Positions 18,072-27,603 of a stretch of DNA of 64,000 bases are shown piece after piece (positions within the stretch are counted from its first letter, which is position 1; each line of letters begins with the position of its first letter). Both the position numbers and the translations under genes were made by a program. This DNA comes from Candidatus Latescibacterota bacterium (GTDB taxonomy: Bacteria; Latescibacterota; UBA2968; UBA8231): assembly GCA_965242865.1 (NCBI GenBank), contig CBDETK010000013.1:1024001-1088000 (forward strand), given 5' to 3'. The notes beneath the pieces were generated by a model, which was given only the letters and a program-made list of their open reading frames with translations, was not told the DNA's origin and searched no databases.

Positions 18072-19346
18072 ATGAATAGCACCGATCTAAAAAGCCAAAC
18101 CGTGATGCTGGCCGCGTCCGGGGGCCTCGATAGCTGCACCATCACCCATTGGCTCCAGTCCCAAGGGGTAGAAGTCGTCTCCTATACCGCCGATCTGGGC
18201 CAGCCCGACGAGGAGCGCGTCGAAGACATCGGGCGGCGGATGCGGGCCTGTGGGGCGGCTGACGTGATCCTCGACGACCGCCGCGAGGCCATTTGCCGCG
18301 CTGGCATCCAACTGGTCCAAGCGCAAGCCCGCTACGAGGGGGGCTATTGGAACACCACCGGCATCGCCCGGCACGTGACCGTGGCCGGCATGTTGCCCCA
18401 CTTACAGGAGCGCGGCATCCAAGTGTTGGCGCACGGGGCCACCGGGCGCGGCAACGACCAAGTCCGCTTCCAACTGGCCGCGCAAATGCTCGCCCCGTCC
18501 ATTGCGGTGTACGCTCCTTGGCGCGACCCGGCCTTCTTGCAACACTTTGGCGGACGCCGCGAAATGATCGCGTATTGCCAAAAGCACGGCCTGCCCATAA
18601 CCGCCACCCCGGACAAGCCCTACTCCACGGACGCCAACATGCTCGGGCTGACCCACGAAGCCGGCCAACTCGAAGCCTTAGACACCGCGGCCAGCCTGAT
18701 CGCGCCCGGCATGGGCTGCTTCCCGCCGCAGGCCCCAGACCAAGCCGAGGTTTTTACCGTGCGCTTTGAACGCGGCGTCCCGGTCGCCATCAACGGCCGC
18801 GCTGTCGGCTTAGTCGCAGCCATTGAGCAGAGCAACGCCGTGGCCGGGCGGCACGGGGTCGGCATTGGCTTACACGCGGTGGAAAACCGCTTCGTGGGCA
18901 TCAAGTCGCGCGGCGTCTATGAAGCGCCGGCCCTCGCCCTGCTCGGCCAGTGCTACGAGTACTTGCTCCAGCTCGTGCTCGATCGCCGGGCGCGGCGGAT
19001 TTTTGCCGTTGTCTCGGAGTTTATCGCCGAGCAGATCTACCAAGGCTATTGGTTTGACACCGCGACCCAAGCGAGTTGGAAGCTCATCGAGCACTTTAAT
19101 CAACTCGCCACCGGAACCATTGCCGTCTCGCTCTACAAGGGCCAAGCCTCCTTTGACGCCGCCCGCGAGGTCCCGCACTCGCTTTACAGCGAGGACACCG
19201 CTTCCATGGAGGCCATCGGCGACTTTGACCACCGCGATTCCGAAGGATTCCTCGGCGTCTTGGGCGTCAGCGCCCGCGCCCTTCATCAGGCCGGGCAGAT
19301 TCCGCCGATCACCCCGGCAAAAGCGGCGCGACCTCAGACCAGATGA
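18072..19346 (+). CDS. argG: Argininosuccinate synthase
   Basis: SGGLDS, HGATGRGNDQVRF, YSTDANMLG and ENRFVGIKSRGVYEAP motifs. Confidence 0.96.
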   Translation: MNSTDLKSQTVMLAASGGLDSCTITHWLQSQGVEVVSYTADLGQPDEERVEDIGRRMRACGAADVILDDRREAICRAGIQLVQAQARYEGGYWNTTGIARHVTVAGMLPHLQERGIQVLAHGATGRGNDQVRFQLAAQMLAPSIAVYAPWRDPAFLQHFGGRREMIAYCQKHGLPITATPDKPYSTDANMLGLTHEAGQLEALDTAASLIAPGMGCFPPQAPDQAEVFTVRFERGVPVAINGRAVGLVAAIEQSNAVAGRHGVGIGLHAVENRFVGIKSRGVYEAPALALLGQCYEYLLQLVLDRRARRIFAVVSEFIAEQIYQGYWFDTATQASWKLIEHFNQLATGTIAVSLYKGQASFDAAREVPHSLYSEDTASMEAIGDFDHRDSEGFLGVLGVSARALHQAGQIPPITPAKAARPQTR

Positions 19347-20208
19347 TCTCCAGCTCGGTCAGGGCGTCGCGGTCGAGGACAGGCACTGGGGCGCGGCAAA
19401 CCCCCGAGCGGATCAACCCGCGCTTTTGTAGAATCCACTTGTAGATCGCCAGCCCGTAGAGCCGCTCGTAGTTCATCAGCGGCAGGATCCGATAAAAGCG
19501 CGCCCGCGCGGTCGCGTCGTCGCCCGCTTCGAGGGCAGCCCAGATCGCGGCCATGGCGTCGGTCACGTGACAGCCGGGCATATTGCCGCAGGCGCCGCGC
19601 CGGTATTCGTCGAGCAGATAGACCCCCCCTTTGCCCCCCAACACGCCCTTGCAGGCCGCGCCGGCCAGCGCCAGCGTGCGGCTGACCTGCCAAGGCTCGG
19701 GGACGGTCTCTTCCTTGATGTAAGCAACGCCCTCCAGCTCGCGGCACATCCGCCCCAACAGCTCGCCGCTCATGGGCGTCCCGACCGGCGCGTCAAAATT
19801 CTGTACGCAGATCGGAATCGCAACCGCGGCCGCCAACTGCTGGTAAAAGGCATAGCAGCCTGCTTGATCTACGCGCAGGACATGCGGCGGCATGGACATG
19901 ATCCCGTCGGCTCCGGCGGATTGGGCAAACTGGGCGAGGGCCACGGCCGGCACGGCATGGCCAGACGTGACCGAAGCCACGACCGGCACTCGCCCAGCGG
20001 CCGCGGCCACGACGATCTCGATCCAGCGGCGGCGTTCCTCGTCGGACAGGGTGGAAAACTCGCTGGCATTGGCCGGTCCCACCAAGCCGGTGGCTCCCGC
20101 TTCAATGCTGAAGGCGACCAAGTCCCGCAAGGCCGGTTCGTCTAGCGAGTACCCATCGGTAAAGGGGGTGACCACAATCGGCATAATTCCGCGCCACGTT
20201 TCAGTCAT
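19309..20208 (-). CDS. Dihydrodipicolinate synthase (DapA)-family aldolase/dehydratase
   Basis: GIMPIVVTPF, ANASEFSTLS and YIKEE motifs. Confidence 0.9.
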   Translation of the reverse strand: MTETWRGIMPIVVTPFTDGYSLDEPALRDLVAFSIEAGATGLVGPANASEFSTLSDEERRRWIEIVVAAAAGRVPVVASVTSGHAVPAVALAQFAQSAGADGIMSMPPHVLRVDQAGCYAFYQQLAAAVAIPICVQNFDAPVGTPMSGELLGRMCRELEGVAYIKEETVPEPWQVSRTLALAGAACKGVLGGKGGVYLLDEYRRGACGNMPGCHVTDAMAAIWAALEAGDDATARARFYRILPLMNYERLYGLAIYKWILQKRGLIRSGVCRAPVPVLDRDALTELEIIWSEVAPLLPG

Positions 20209-20233
20209 AGAAAATCTCCTTTTAGGCAGAGAG

Positions 20234-20977
20234 TTACTCTCGGTAGGCGACTAGGCGCAGCCGCCAGTAGTCGGCGCACCAGCCCCCAGCGCCGTACAAT
20301 GCCGGGCGGACGGCGTCCTCCACCGCTGCCAACAATTCTTCGCGCTGCGGCGGAGGGACGCCTGCAATAAGCGGCGCGGCAAACATCTCCAGCCAATCGC
20401 GCAACCCGCTCTCGCCGGCGAGGGGCGTTGGACGGGGAAAGTGGCTGGCGGACGCAACGCGCAGCCCGGCCTGCTCCACGAGCTGGGCGTACTCCCCCAA
20501 GCGGGGAAAATACCAAGGCCATGGCGGATAAAAGCCCCGAGCGGCCAACTGGTCCGTCAGCCCTCGGCTGATGGTGGCCACGTTCCGCGCCCCGCCCAAC
20601 TCGGCGACCAAACGACCGCCCGGCTCCAGCCCGGCGGCAATCCGCGCAAGCGCAGCCTCCGGCGGCTGGACCCAGTGCAGCACTGCGTTGGAAAAGACCG
20701 CATGGAACGGCTCGGCAAAGGAAAAATCCCTTGCATCGCCGACGGCGAAAGACAGGTTCGGGAACTGTGCGCGGGCCGCGGCGACCATCTCGGCCGATCG
20801 GTCGAGGCCAACGACCTCAGCCCCGGCCGCGGCAATTTGGGCGCTCAGTTGACCCGTGCCGCAGCCCAAGTCGAGGACGCGCTCGCCAGCTTGGGGGTTC
20901 AAGACCTCCACTAAGTCGGCACCGGCCGCGGTGACATAGTGGTGGTTGGCTTGGTAGCGTTCGGGGTGCTGGAACAT
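20234..20977 (-). CDS. SAM-dependent methyltransferase (Tam-like)
   Basis: VLDLGCGTG and VFSNAVLHW motifs. Confidence 0.92.
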   Translation of the reverse strand: MFQHPERYQANHHYVTAAGADLVEVLNPQAGERVLDLGCGTGQLSAQIAAAGAEVVGLDRSAEMVAAARAQFPNLSFAVGDARDFSFAEPFHAVFSNAVLHWVQPPEAALARIAAGLEPGGRLVAELGGARNVATISRGLTDQLAARGFYPPWPWYFPRLGEYAQLVEQAGLRVASASHFPRPTPLAGESGLRDWLEMFAAPLIAGVPPPQREELLAAVEDAVRPALYGAGGWCADYWRLRLVAYRE

Positions 20978-20992
20978 AGCAGTTCTACATCG

Positions 20993-21052
20993 TTCAAGAC
21001 TGGATTCCCGCCCCGTGTCGGAGCACGGGGTGACGTTCTTTTGCGGGAATAC
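20993..21052. repeat. REP-like palindrome, longer variant of 1056-1093
   Basis: TTCAAGACTGGATTCCCGC and TTTGCGGGAAT match the reverse complement of 1056-1093, with an inserted CCCCGTG/CACGGGG hairpin. Confidence 0.7.
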
Positions 21053-21203
21053 GGGGTGACGTCCGTTTGCGAGAATGATGCCTCCTAGGCAAAACATTGT
21101 GGTTGCAGCGTGGAGGCTCGCCTGCAAGCAAACGCACCGGCATCCGGCCCGCCCAACGCCAACCAAGGCACCGACCGCAAGGGAGCCTATCTTGCGGCTC
21201 GGT

Positions 21204-22448
21204 TCAAAACCGCAAGGTAACTCTGGCCGACCAGTTCCCTCGGGCGTCTGGCACCAGACCTACCGAGAAGCGGTCAGACTCCGGGGGCCTGCGAAACAAC
21301 TCGGACGCCAACGTGGCCGTGACAGGCAAAGTGATCATAACGAGCCCAATGGCACTGTATGGGTCCAAAATTCGATAGCTGTGGACTAGTGCAGCACTGA
21401 TCCCAATCCCTAAGAAGCTGCCGCCTATTGAAAAGACCAAGGATCGATAATAATCGTGTCTATCAAATAAGCTGGTCCCGAGCCCCACTCCAATCGGATA
21501 GCCAACCCAAGCGACAGTAGCGACCCGGTCAGAAGTCAATGTTCTCACCCCCACAAAGACAGCACTACCCATAAGAGTACCAACGAATAACTTACCCGCA
21601 ACTCGACCGACCAACTTGGAGCGTTGACTGGCCAAGTGTATATAGGGTACGTTCCCATAATCTCCGGCAATGGCGGCCCTATCCGAACCCGGCGGAAACG
21701 TCAGCCGAAACTGATACCCATAAAAAGGGGACATTCTACCCCTGCGATATATCCCAATCAGGCCGTAGGTGGCCGCCAGAGAATCCAACTCGGCGATCCC
21801 TGTAACCGGCGTCTCCTCGTCAGCCGCCGCCAACAGAGCCGAAATCACCGCCTCGTGCTCTCCACTGATATGAATCGCAATCTCTTGTCTCTCAAATGGT
21901 TGGTTCATCGGGGATGCGATTTTTGTTTCGCGTTGATGGGTCGGCTTCCCGCAGTTGGCAAAGGCAAGAGCGTCCATCCTGACGAACCCACCTCGTTTAG
22001 CATACACGCACCGCAAGCCATCTCGTATCGCGGCGTGAGATACATCGGCTCGCCCGCCCCGCTCAACGACAACGCCATACCAATCCGCCCCCCACGAACC
22101 TGCATCCGCCGAACGAAAGACGATGCCCCCGGCATGCGCCGCCAGCCGCCCTTCGACGGTCAGTTCCGCACGGGTCGAGTCCAAGCCGCCTCGGGCATCA
22201 TCGCGGTAGGGCAGAAAGAGAACCTGCGTATTGGGAGCCAGCGTCAAGGTCGCCGTGGCTGCAATCGTCACGTCGCCGCCGACATACACCGTGTCGCGCC
22301 ACGTGGTGTCCTGTTCGATCCGACCCGTCCAGTAGGCCGGCTCGGTGGCGTCGCTGGCCACAGCACCAACTCCCAACAGGAGCAGGACGAACCACAGCAC
22401 TTGATGCCGCCGATATTGGATAGGGAGGAAATTTGTATGCTGGCTCAT
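21204..22448 (-). CDS. Mosaic exported/membrane protein (beta-helix-like N module, subtilase-prodomain-like middle, hydrophobic C module)
   Basis: Signal peptide; DTTWRDTVYVGGDVTI...WYGVVV; TGIAELDSLAATYG; Gly-rich hydrophobic helices; C-terminal F. Confidence 0.7.
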   Translation of the reverse strand: MSQHTNFLPIQYRRHQVLWFVLLLLGVGAVASDATEPAYWTGRIEQDTTWRDTVYVGGDVTIAATATLTLAPNTQVLFLPYRDDARGGLDSTRAELTVEGRLAAHAGGIVFRSADAGSWGADWYGVVVERGGRADVSHAAIRDGLRCVYAKRGGFVRMDALAFANCGKPTHQRETKIASPMNQPFERQEIAIHISGEHEAVISALLAAADEETPVTGIAELDSLAATYGLIGIYRRGRMSPFYGYQFRLTFPPGSDRAAIAGDYGNVPYIHLASQRSKLVGRVAGKLFVGTLMGSAVFVGVRTLTSDRVATVAWVGYPIGVGLGTSLFDRHDYYRSLVFSIGGSFLGIGISAALVHSYRILDPYSAIGLVMITLPVTATLASELFRRPPESDRFSVGLVPDARGNWSARVTLRF

Positions 22449-22455
22449 AATGCCG

Positions 22456-22692
22456 TTAGCTCCACCGGGTAATACCGCCCCACTCCGCTGGGCATACAGA
22501 CAACGCAGCCCCTCTCGAATATGATGCGGCGGGCGTTGCCTTCTTGTCGAAGTAGTGAACATTCTCGACGACCTCCCCGCCGGTGCGGCTACGCAACTCA
22601 AGGCGTGTGCCGGGCGGGATGTCCGCGTCCCACTCGACCGACGTCAGGGCCTTGGCCGCGCCCCACGCTATACCAGCCAGTCGCTGCCGCAA
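22456..22692 (-). pseudogene. Fragments of secreted-protein genes
   Basis: VEWDADIPPGTRLELRSRTG-like piece, plus an IREGLRCLYAQRSG piece in another frame that mirrors IRDGLRCVYAKRGG in the adjacent gene. Confidence 0.45.
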
Positions 22693-22956
22693 TTTGCTAT
22701 CTGTTAATGCCTCCCACTAAAGAAAGTTCTGAGAAGAAGGAAGAACCAACAGATAGCAAATTGCCAAACCACGCCGATATTGACGTGCTGGCCGAACTTC
22801 GCAGACACTGGGAACGCCAAGATTCGCAAAAAAGCCACAATTCGCACAATTCGTCCCCAGCTAAACCCACGCCAGAGACCAAAATCGTTTATGCGCTTGA
22901 CCCGTAAGCGATTTTGACGCCTCAAGCTGTACCAGCCAGCCGCAGAAACAAACAGA

Positions 22957-22984
22957 TTGACAAAAGCGGCTGCGTGAATAGTCT
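22957..22984 (+). promoter_or_regulatory. Sigma70-type promoter for the LRR gene
   Basis: TTGACA-16 nt-TAGTCT. Confidence 0.45.
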
Positions 22985-23049
22985 CTATGGACAAGGCCCG
23001 CTCAAAGCGAGTGTCGCGCCATTAACCCCTTCATAAAGGAGAAACGACC

Positions 23050-23997
23050 ATGTCAAAATCCCTCAAAACCCTGCTCGGGTTCGCCCTCTTGGGCTTCGTC
23101 GGTGTTTGGATGGGCTGCTCGTCCGACACCTCGCCCGTAGCCCCCCAAGCTGCCGGCAAAACCCACCTGACCGCGCAAGACCCAGTTGTTGACCTATCAG
23201 AGCCAGACGATCCAACAACGACCCCCGTTGCGTTTGCCGACTCCAATCTAAAAGCTGCGGTGGGAGAGGCACTCATGGCGGCGTTGAATATCCCGTCTGT
23301 GCCTATCCCGATCACCGTGGCGCAAATGGATTCCCTGACCACGCTCAACGCGCGTGATAGAGGCATTCAGAGCTTGACCGGCCTCGATTACGCTACGAAT
23401 TTGGACACGCTGGATCTGGGCGGCAACCAGATTACGGATGTGAGTCTGCTGGGCTACCTGACCAAATTGGAATGGCTGTCTCTGAGCGGCAACAGCATTA
23501 CGGATCTGAGTCCGCTGACCAGTCTGACCAAGTTGGAAGTCCTGAATCTGAACTTCAACACGATTTCGGATCTGAGTCCGCTGACCAGTCTGACCAAGTT
23601 GGAATCCCTGCATCTGTACGCCAACTCGATTTCGGATGTGAGTCCATTGGCCAATCTGACCAACTTGAAACGCCTGACTGTAACTGGTAACCCTCTTGAG
23701 GGGAAGGTTACTCCGTTGGCCAGTCTGACCAAATTGACATGGCTGAAGTTGAACGACACCGGGATTAGGGATAGTGGTCTGAGTACGTTGGCGGCCAGTC
23801 TGACCAAATTGACATTCCTAGACCTGAGCTCCAACACGATTTCAGATCTGAGTCCGTTGACTTGTCTGCCCAACTTGGAACGGCTGGGGATGAGAAAGGT
23901 CAACGACGGCTCTGGTCCTGGTAATAAGTATGTGGCTACTACTAGTAACATACATATCAGATACTTGATAGACAGAGGCGTCACAATAAATTGGTAA
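23050..23997 (+). CDS. Internalin-like leucine-rich repeat lipoprotein
   Basis: Lipobox WMGC, N-cap FADSNLKAAV and 22-aa LxxLxLxxNxIxDLSPL repeats. Confidence 0.92.
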   Translation: MSKSLKTLLGFALLGFVGVWMGCSSDTSPVAPQAAGKTHLTAQDPVVDLSEPDDPTTTPVAFADSNLKAAVGEALMAALNIPSVPIPITVAQMDSLTTLNARDRGIQSLTGLDYATNLDTLDLGGNQITDVSLLGYLTKLEWLSLSGNSITDLSPLTSLTKLEVLNLNFNTISDLSPLTSLTKLESLHLYANSISDVSPLANLTNLKRLTVTGNPLEGKVTPLASLTKLTWLKLNDTGIRDSGLSTLAASLTKLTFLDLSSNTISDLSPLTCLPNLERLGMRKVNDGSGPGNKYVATTSNIHIRYLIDRGVTINW

Positions 23998-24093
23998 CTG
24001 ACGCATAAGGCGCATTCGGCGCCCACCGTCGTCATATTTGGGAATTATATACTTGACTTTGCTTGATCAAGTACAAGTATATAATTCCCTTAC

Positions 24094-24227
24094 TTACTCC
24101 TCGCGTACCAACGCCTTAATCGCGCCCCAAGAGGATGGCCGAACCGCCGCCGCTTTGCCCGCGCCCCCGGTGCTATCCTGTAAGCCCGTAGAAGCCCCCA
24201 CGCAAGCAGTAAAGCAGTAAAGCGCAT
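24094..24227 (-). pseudogene. Collapsed secreted-protein gene: signal-peptide start joined out of frame to a SWGAIK C-terminus
   Basis: GAGGAG SD and ATG 24227 (MRFTALLLAWG...); a different frame ends GKAAAVRPSSWGAIKALVREE*. Confidence 0.5.
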
Positions 24228-24482
24228 CGTTCAATCTCCTCGTTTGGGATGGTAGGAAACCTTGCAAGGGGCCTTTTGTAGGGTGGCCCGCTGTGCTTGC
24301 GGAACCGCCCAACCCCAAACAAGGGTGCGCCGAAGATGACGCACACACAGATAAGGGCTTGCCGGTCAGGAAGTCAAGGCGTTTGGAGCACCAACGCCGC
24401 GGTCACCGTCGGCAACGCCCCAACGCCCCCAACGACCGCCATAATAAATTTGCCTTAAATCGCCGCCCTAATGAGCGGCCCG

Positions 24483-24923
24483 TTACCCGCCCACAGACTC
24501 CAAATACCGCGCCGCCGCCCTATGACCTTTCTTTGCCGCCCAGTTCCGCGCCATCCCGCCGAATCGGTCCGTAGCGTTCACGTCCGCACCCTGCTTAACC
24601 AGATATTTCACTACCTCCAAACGACCGTTCCGCGCCGCGAAGAACAGAGCCGTCCAGAGCCAGCGGTCGGATCTGGTATGAACCGACATACCCGCATCCA
24701 CGAACCGCTTGACAACCGTAAGGTCGCCATCCCCCGCCGCTGCAAAAAAAGCCTCCTTTGTGTAGGCGACACCCTCCTCCTCCAACTCTGTACGGGCGTT
24801 TTGGGCGTCTAGCTCCCTATGTATCGGCGCAGTGATTATCGACCCAGTGATTTCGCGCAATATCGACCTTGTTGACCCGCAGCCCAACACCAACCCAACC
24901 AACCCAACCAGTAACCAACGCAT
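24483..24923 (-). CDS. Ankyrin-repeat lipoprotein
   Basis: Lipobox VLGC, ankyrin repeats (TALFFAARNGRLEVVKYLVKQGADVN) and AAGGAG SD. Confidence 0.9.
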   Translation of the reverse strand: MRWLLVGLVGLVLGCGSTRSILREITGSIITAPIHRELDAQNARTELEEEGVAYTKEAFFAAAGDGDLTVVKRFVDAGMSVHTRSDRWLWTALFFAARNGRLEVVKYLVKQGADVNATDRFGGMARNWAAKKGHRAAARYLESVGG

Positions 24924-24954
24924 AATAGACTCCTTTCAAATTGCCGCCGGGGGT

Positions 24955-25131
24955 GGTCGCCGCGGCTGCAATCGTCACATCGCCGCCGACATACACCGTG
25001 TCGCGCCACGTGGTATCCTGTTCGCTCCGACCCGTCCAGTAGGCAGGCTCGGTGGCGTCGCTGGCCGCGGTGCCAACTCCCAGCAGGACGAAAAACAGCC
25101 CTTGATGCCGTTTAGCGAATCCTCTGTTCAA
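24955..25131 (-). pseudogene. Truncated second copy of the N-terminal module of 21204-22448
   Basis: 24955-25110 is near-identical to 22248-22409. Confidence 0.75.
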
Positions 25132-25161
25132 AGTGGATTCTCAACCCCAGTAGGTGCTATA

Positions 25162-26151
25162 TCAGCCCAAGAGATCGGCGATGACGGCGCGTTCCTCTTT
25201 GAGCTCGTCTTCGGTGGCCTTGATTTTTGCGCGGGCGAAGTCGCTCAACTCCAAGCCCTGCACGATCTCCAAGTGGCCTTGGCTGTCGCTGTGCATGGGA
25301 AAGGAGAACATCAACCCCTCGTCAATCCCGTAGCTGCCATCCGAATAGACGCCCGCCGAGAAAAAGTCGCCGGCCGGCGTGGCGTTCTCAACGCTGGCGA
25401 TGTGGTCGAGCGCGGCATTGGCGGCCGACGCGGCCGACGACAAGCCGCGAGCCGCGATGACGGCCGCGCCCCGCTGCTGGACGATTTGGATAAATTCCTC
25501 GCGCAACCAAGCGCGGTGGCCTATGACGTCGTGCGCCGGGCGTCCCTCAATCCGCGCGTTCTCGGCATCCGGGTACTGGGTGGCGCTGTGGTTGCCCCAT
25601 ATGGCCATGTTGGTCACCGCCGCGACCTTGACCCCGGCCTTGTTGGCGAGCTGGGCTTGGGCGCGGTTTTGATCCAATCGGGTCATGGCGTGGAAGCGGT
25701 CGCGGGGGATGCCGGCCTCGTGACCGTGGGTCATGGCGATCAAGCCATTCGTATTGGCCGGATTGCCCACCACCAAGACCCGCACATCGGCCGCGGCCCG
25801 GGCGAGCGCCTGACCTTGGCCGACGAATATCGGCCCGTTTTCCCGGATTAAGTCGCCCCGCTCCATGCCGGGACCGCGCGGCTTGGAGCCAATCAGCAGC
25901 CCCCAGTTGACTCCGTCAAAGGCGACTTCGGCTCGATCGGTGATCTCGATGCGGTCGAGGAGCGGAAAGGCGCAGTCGTCGAGCTCCATGACCACGCCTT
26001 CTAGGGCTTTGAGCGCCGGAGTAATCTCCAGCAAGTGCAGCGAAATTCGGACATCGCGGCCGAAGACCTCGCCCGAGGCCAGCCGCGGCAATAGGGCGTA
26101 GCCGATTTGGCCAGCGGCCCCGGTGACGGCTACTTTCACAGTGCGTACCAT
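25162..26151 (-). CDS. mdh: Malate dehydrogenase
   Basis: [30 protein letters not shown] and [11 protein letters not shown] motifs. Confidence 0.96.
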   Translation of the reverse strand: MVRTVKVAVTGAAGQIGYALLPRLASGEVFGRDVRISLHLLEITPALKALEGVVMELDDCAFPLLDRIEITDRAEVAFDGVNWGLLIGSKPRGPGMERGDLIRENGPIFVGQGQALARAAADVRVLVVGNPANTNGLIAMTHGHEAGIPRDRFHAMTRLDQNRAQAQLANKAGVKVAAVTNMAIWGNHSATQYPDAENARIEGRPAHDVIGHRAWLREEFIQIVQQRGAAVIAARGLSSAASAANAALDHIASVENATPAGDFFSAGVYSDGSYGIDEGLMFSFPMHSDSQGHLEIVQGLELSDFARAKIKATEDELKEERAVIADLLG

Positions 26152-26312
26152 GTATTCCTCCTGAAAGTTAAAGGCAGTTGTTAGACCGAGAAAATCTGCC
26201 AAAAAAACCCGCTCTGTGCAATGCGAGACCCGCCCTTGATCCCACCTTGCCCCGCTGATTATTCTACGAGCCTGCTTCCAATCCACGGCCCACCCACGAA
26301 AGGACGGCCATT

Positions 26313-27473
26313 ATGAGCAGCACCTTTGATCTCATCCTCCAAGGGGGGCACCTGATCGACCCTAAAAACGACCTCAACGGCCCAGCCGATATTGCCATCA
26401 AAGACGGGCTAGTCGCGGCGGTTGCCGACCGCATCGAGGGCCGTTCCGCCAAGGTCATCGACGTGTCCAACCTCTATGTCACCCCGGGCCTGATCGACAT
26501 TCACGTCCACGTCTATGGGGGGTATCAAGGCTGGCTCTTTCCCGATCCGCACGCCTTACCCTGCGGGGTGACCACCGTAGTAGATACCGGCGGGGCTGGC
26601 TGGAAGGATTTTGCCGACTTCAAGCACTCCATCATTGACCCCGCTCAGACCCGCGTCTTGGCCTTTGTCAATATCGTCGGCGCGGGCATGACCGGCCCGC
26701 CCGAACAAGACGTCCGCGAAATGGACCCCACGCGCTGCGCCGCGGCCATTGAGCAATACCGCGATTGCGTCGTCGGCGCCAAGTCCGCCCATTTTGGCGG
26801 CCCGGGTTGGGAGTCGGCTGGCGGCGCGATCGCCGCGGCCCGCCAAAGCGATTCCATCGCCATGATCGACTTCGCCCCGCAACCCACTCGTTCGTACGAA
26901 GAATTGCTCGACCGCATGAGTCCCGGGGACATCCACACCCACCTCTACGCCGCCCACATTCCCCTGCTCGACGCGGACAACCGGGTCGCCGACTATGTGC
27001 GCCACTCCCGCCAGCGCGGCATCGTCTTCGACACCGGGCACGGCAACGGCTCCTTCTGGTTTCGCATTGCCGTGCCCGCCATGGCCCAAAACTTTCCCCC
27101 AGACACCATCAGCACGGACTTACACAAGGCCAGCCGCATGCTGCCCAACGCCACCATGCCCATAACTATGTCCAAGTTCCTAAACCTCGGCATGCCGCTC
27201 CAAGAGGTCGTCTATCGCTCAACCCACAAACCGGCCGAGGTCATCGGACGCCCCCAGCTGGGCCACCTCAGTATTGGGGCCGAAGCCGACCTAGCGGCTT
27301 TTGCCCTGCACGAGGGGGATTTTGCTTTTGTCGATTCCGGGCGGGCGCGCCTGGCCGGCCGGCAAAAACTCGAATGCGAACTAACGCTGCGCGCTGGCCA
27401 AGTCGTCTGGGACCTAAACGGCCGCAGCCTAGTGGATTGGGACGAGGCCGGCGAGTACCGCCGCCTCGCTTGA
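26313..27473 (+). CDS. Amidohydrolase/deacetylase (dihydroorotase-like)
   Basis: PGLIDIHVH, GDIHTH, FDTGHGNGSF and DTISTD motifs. Confidence 0.9.
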   Translation: MSSTFDLILQGGHLIDPKNDLNGPADIAIKDGLVAAVADRIEGRSAKVIDVSNLYVTPGLIDIHVHVYGGYQGWLFPDPHALPCGVTTVVDTGGAGWKDFADFKHSIIDPAQTRVLAFVNIVGAGMTGPPEQDVREMDPTRCAAAIEQYRDCVVGAKSAHFGGPGWESAGGAIAAARQSDSIAMIDFAPQPTRSYEELLDRMSPGDIHTHLYAAHIPLLDADNRVADYVRHSRQRGIVFDTGHGNGSFWFRIAVPAMAQNFPPDTISTDLHKASRMLPNATMPITMSKFLNLGMPLQEVVYRSTHKPAEVIGRPQLGHLSIGAEADLAAFALHEGDFAFVDSGRARLAGRQKLECELTLRAGQVVWDLNGRSLVDWDEAGEYRRLA

Positions 27474-27499
27474 GACCTGCACGGCCCCTTGCAAACGAC

Positions 27500-27528
27500 T
27501 TGACGCAGTATTGTTCCTTATGTACAAT
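27500..27528 (+). promoter_or_regulatory. Sigma70-type promoter
   Basis: TTGACG-17 nt-TACAAT upstream of the sigma factor gene. Confidence 0.7.
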
Positions 27529-27603
27529 TAGGAAGTTTCGCCTACACCTGCATACGATCTGCCGCGCTGGCAGCTCCTTTGGACGTCAAAGATGAGAGGC
27601 TCT

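Noticed and set aside
22707-22907. 66-aa hydrophilic plus-strand ORF
   Set aside because: No clear SD and no recognisable domain; cannot be supported from sequence alone.
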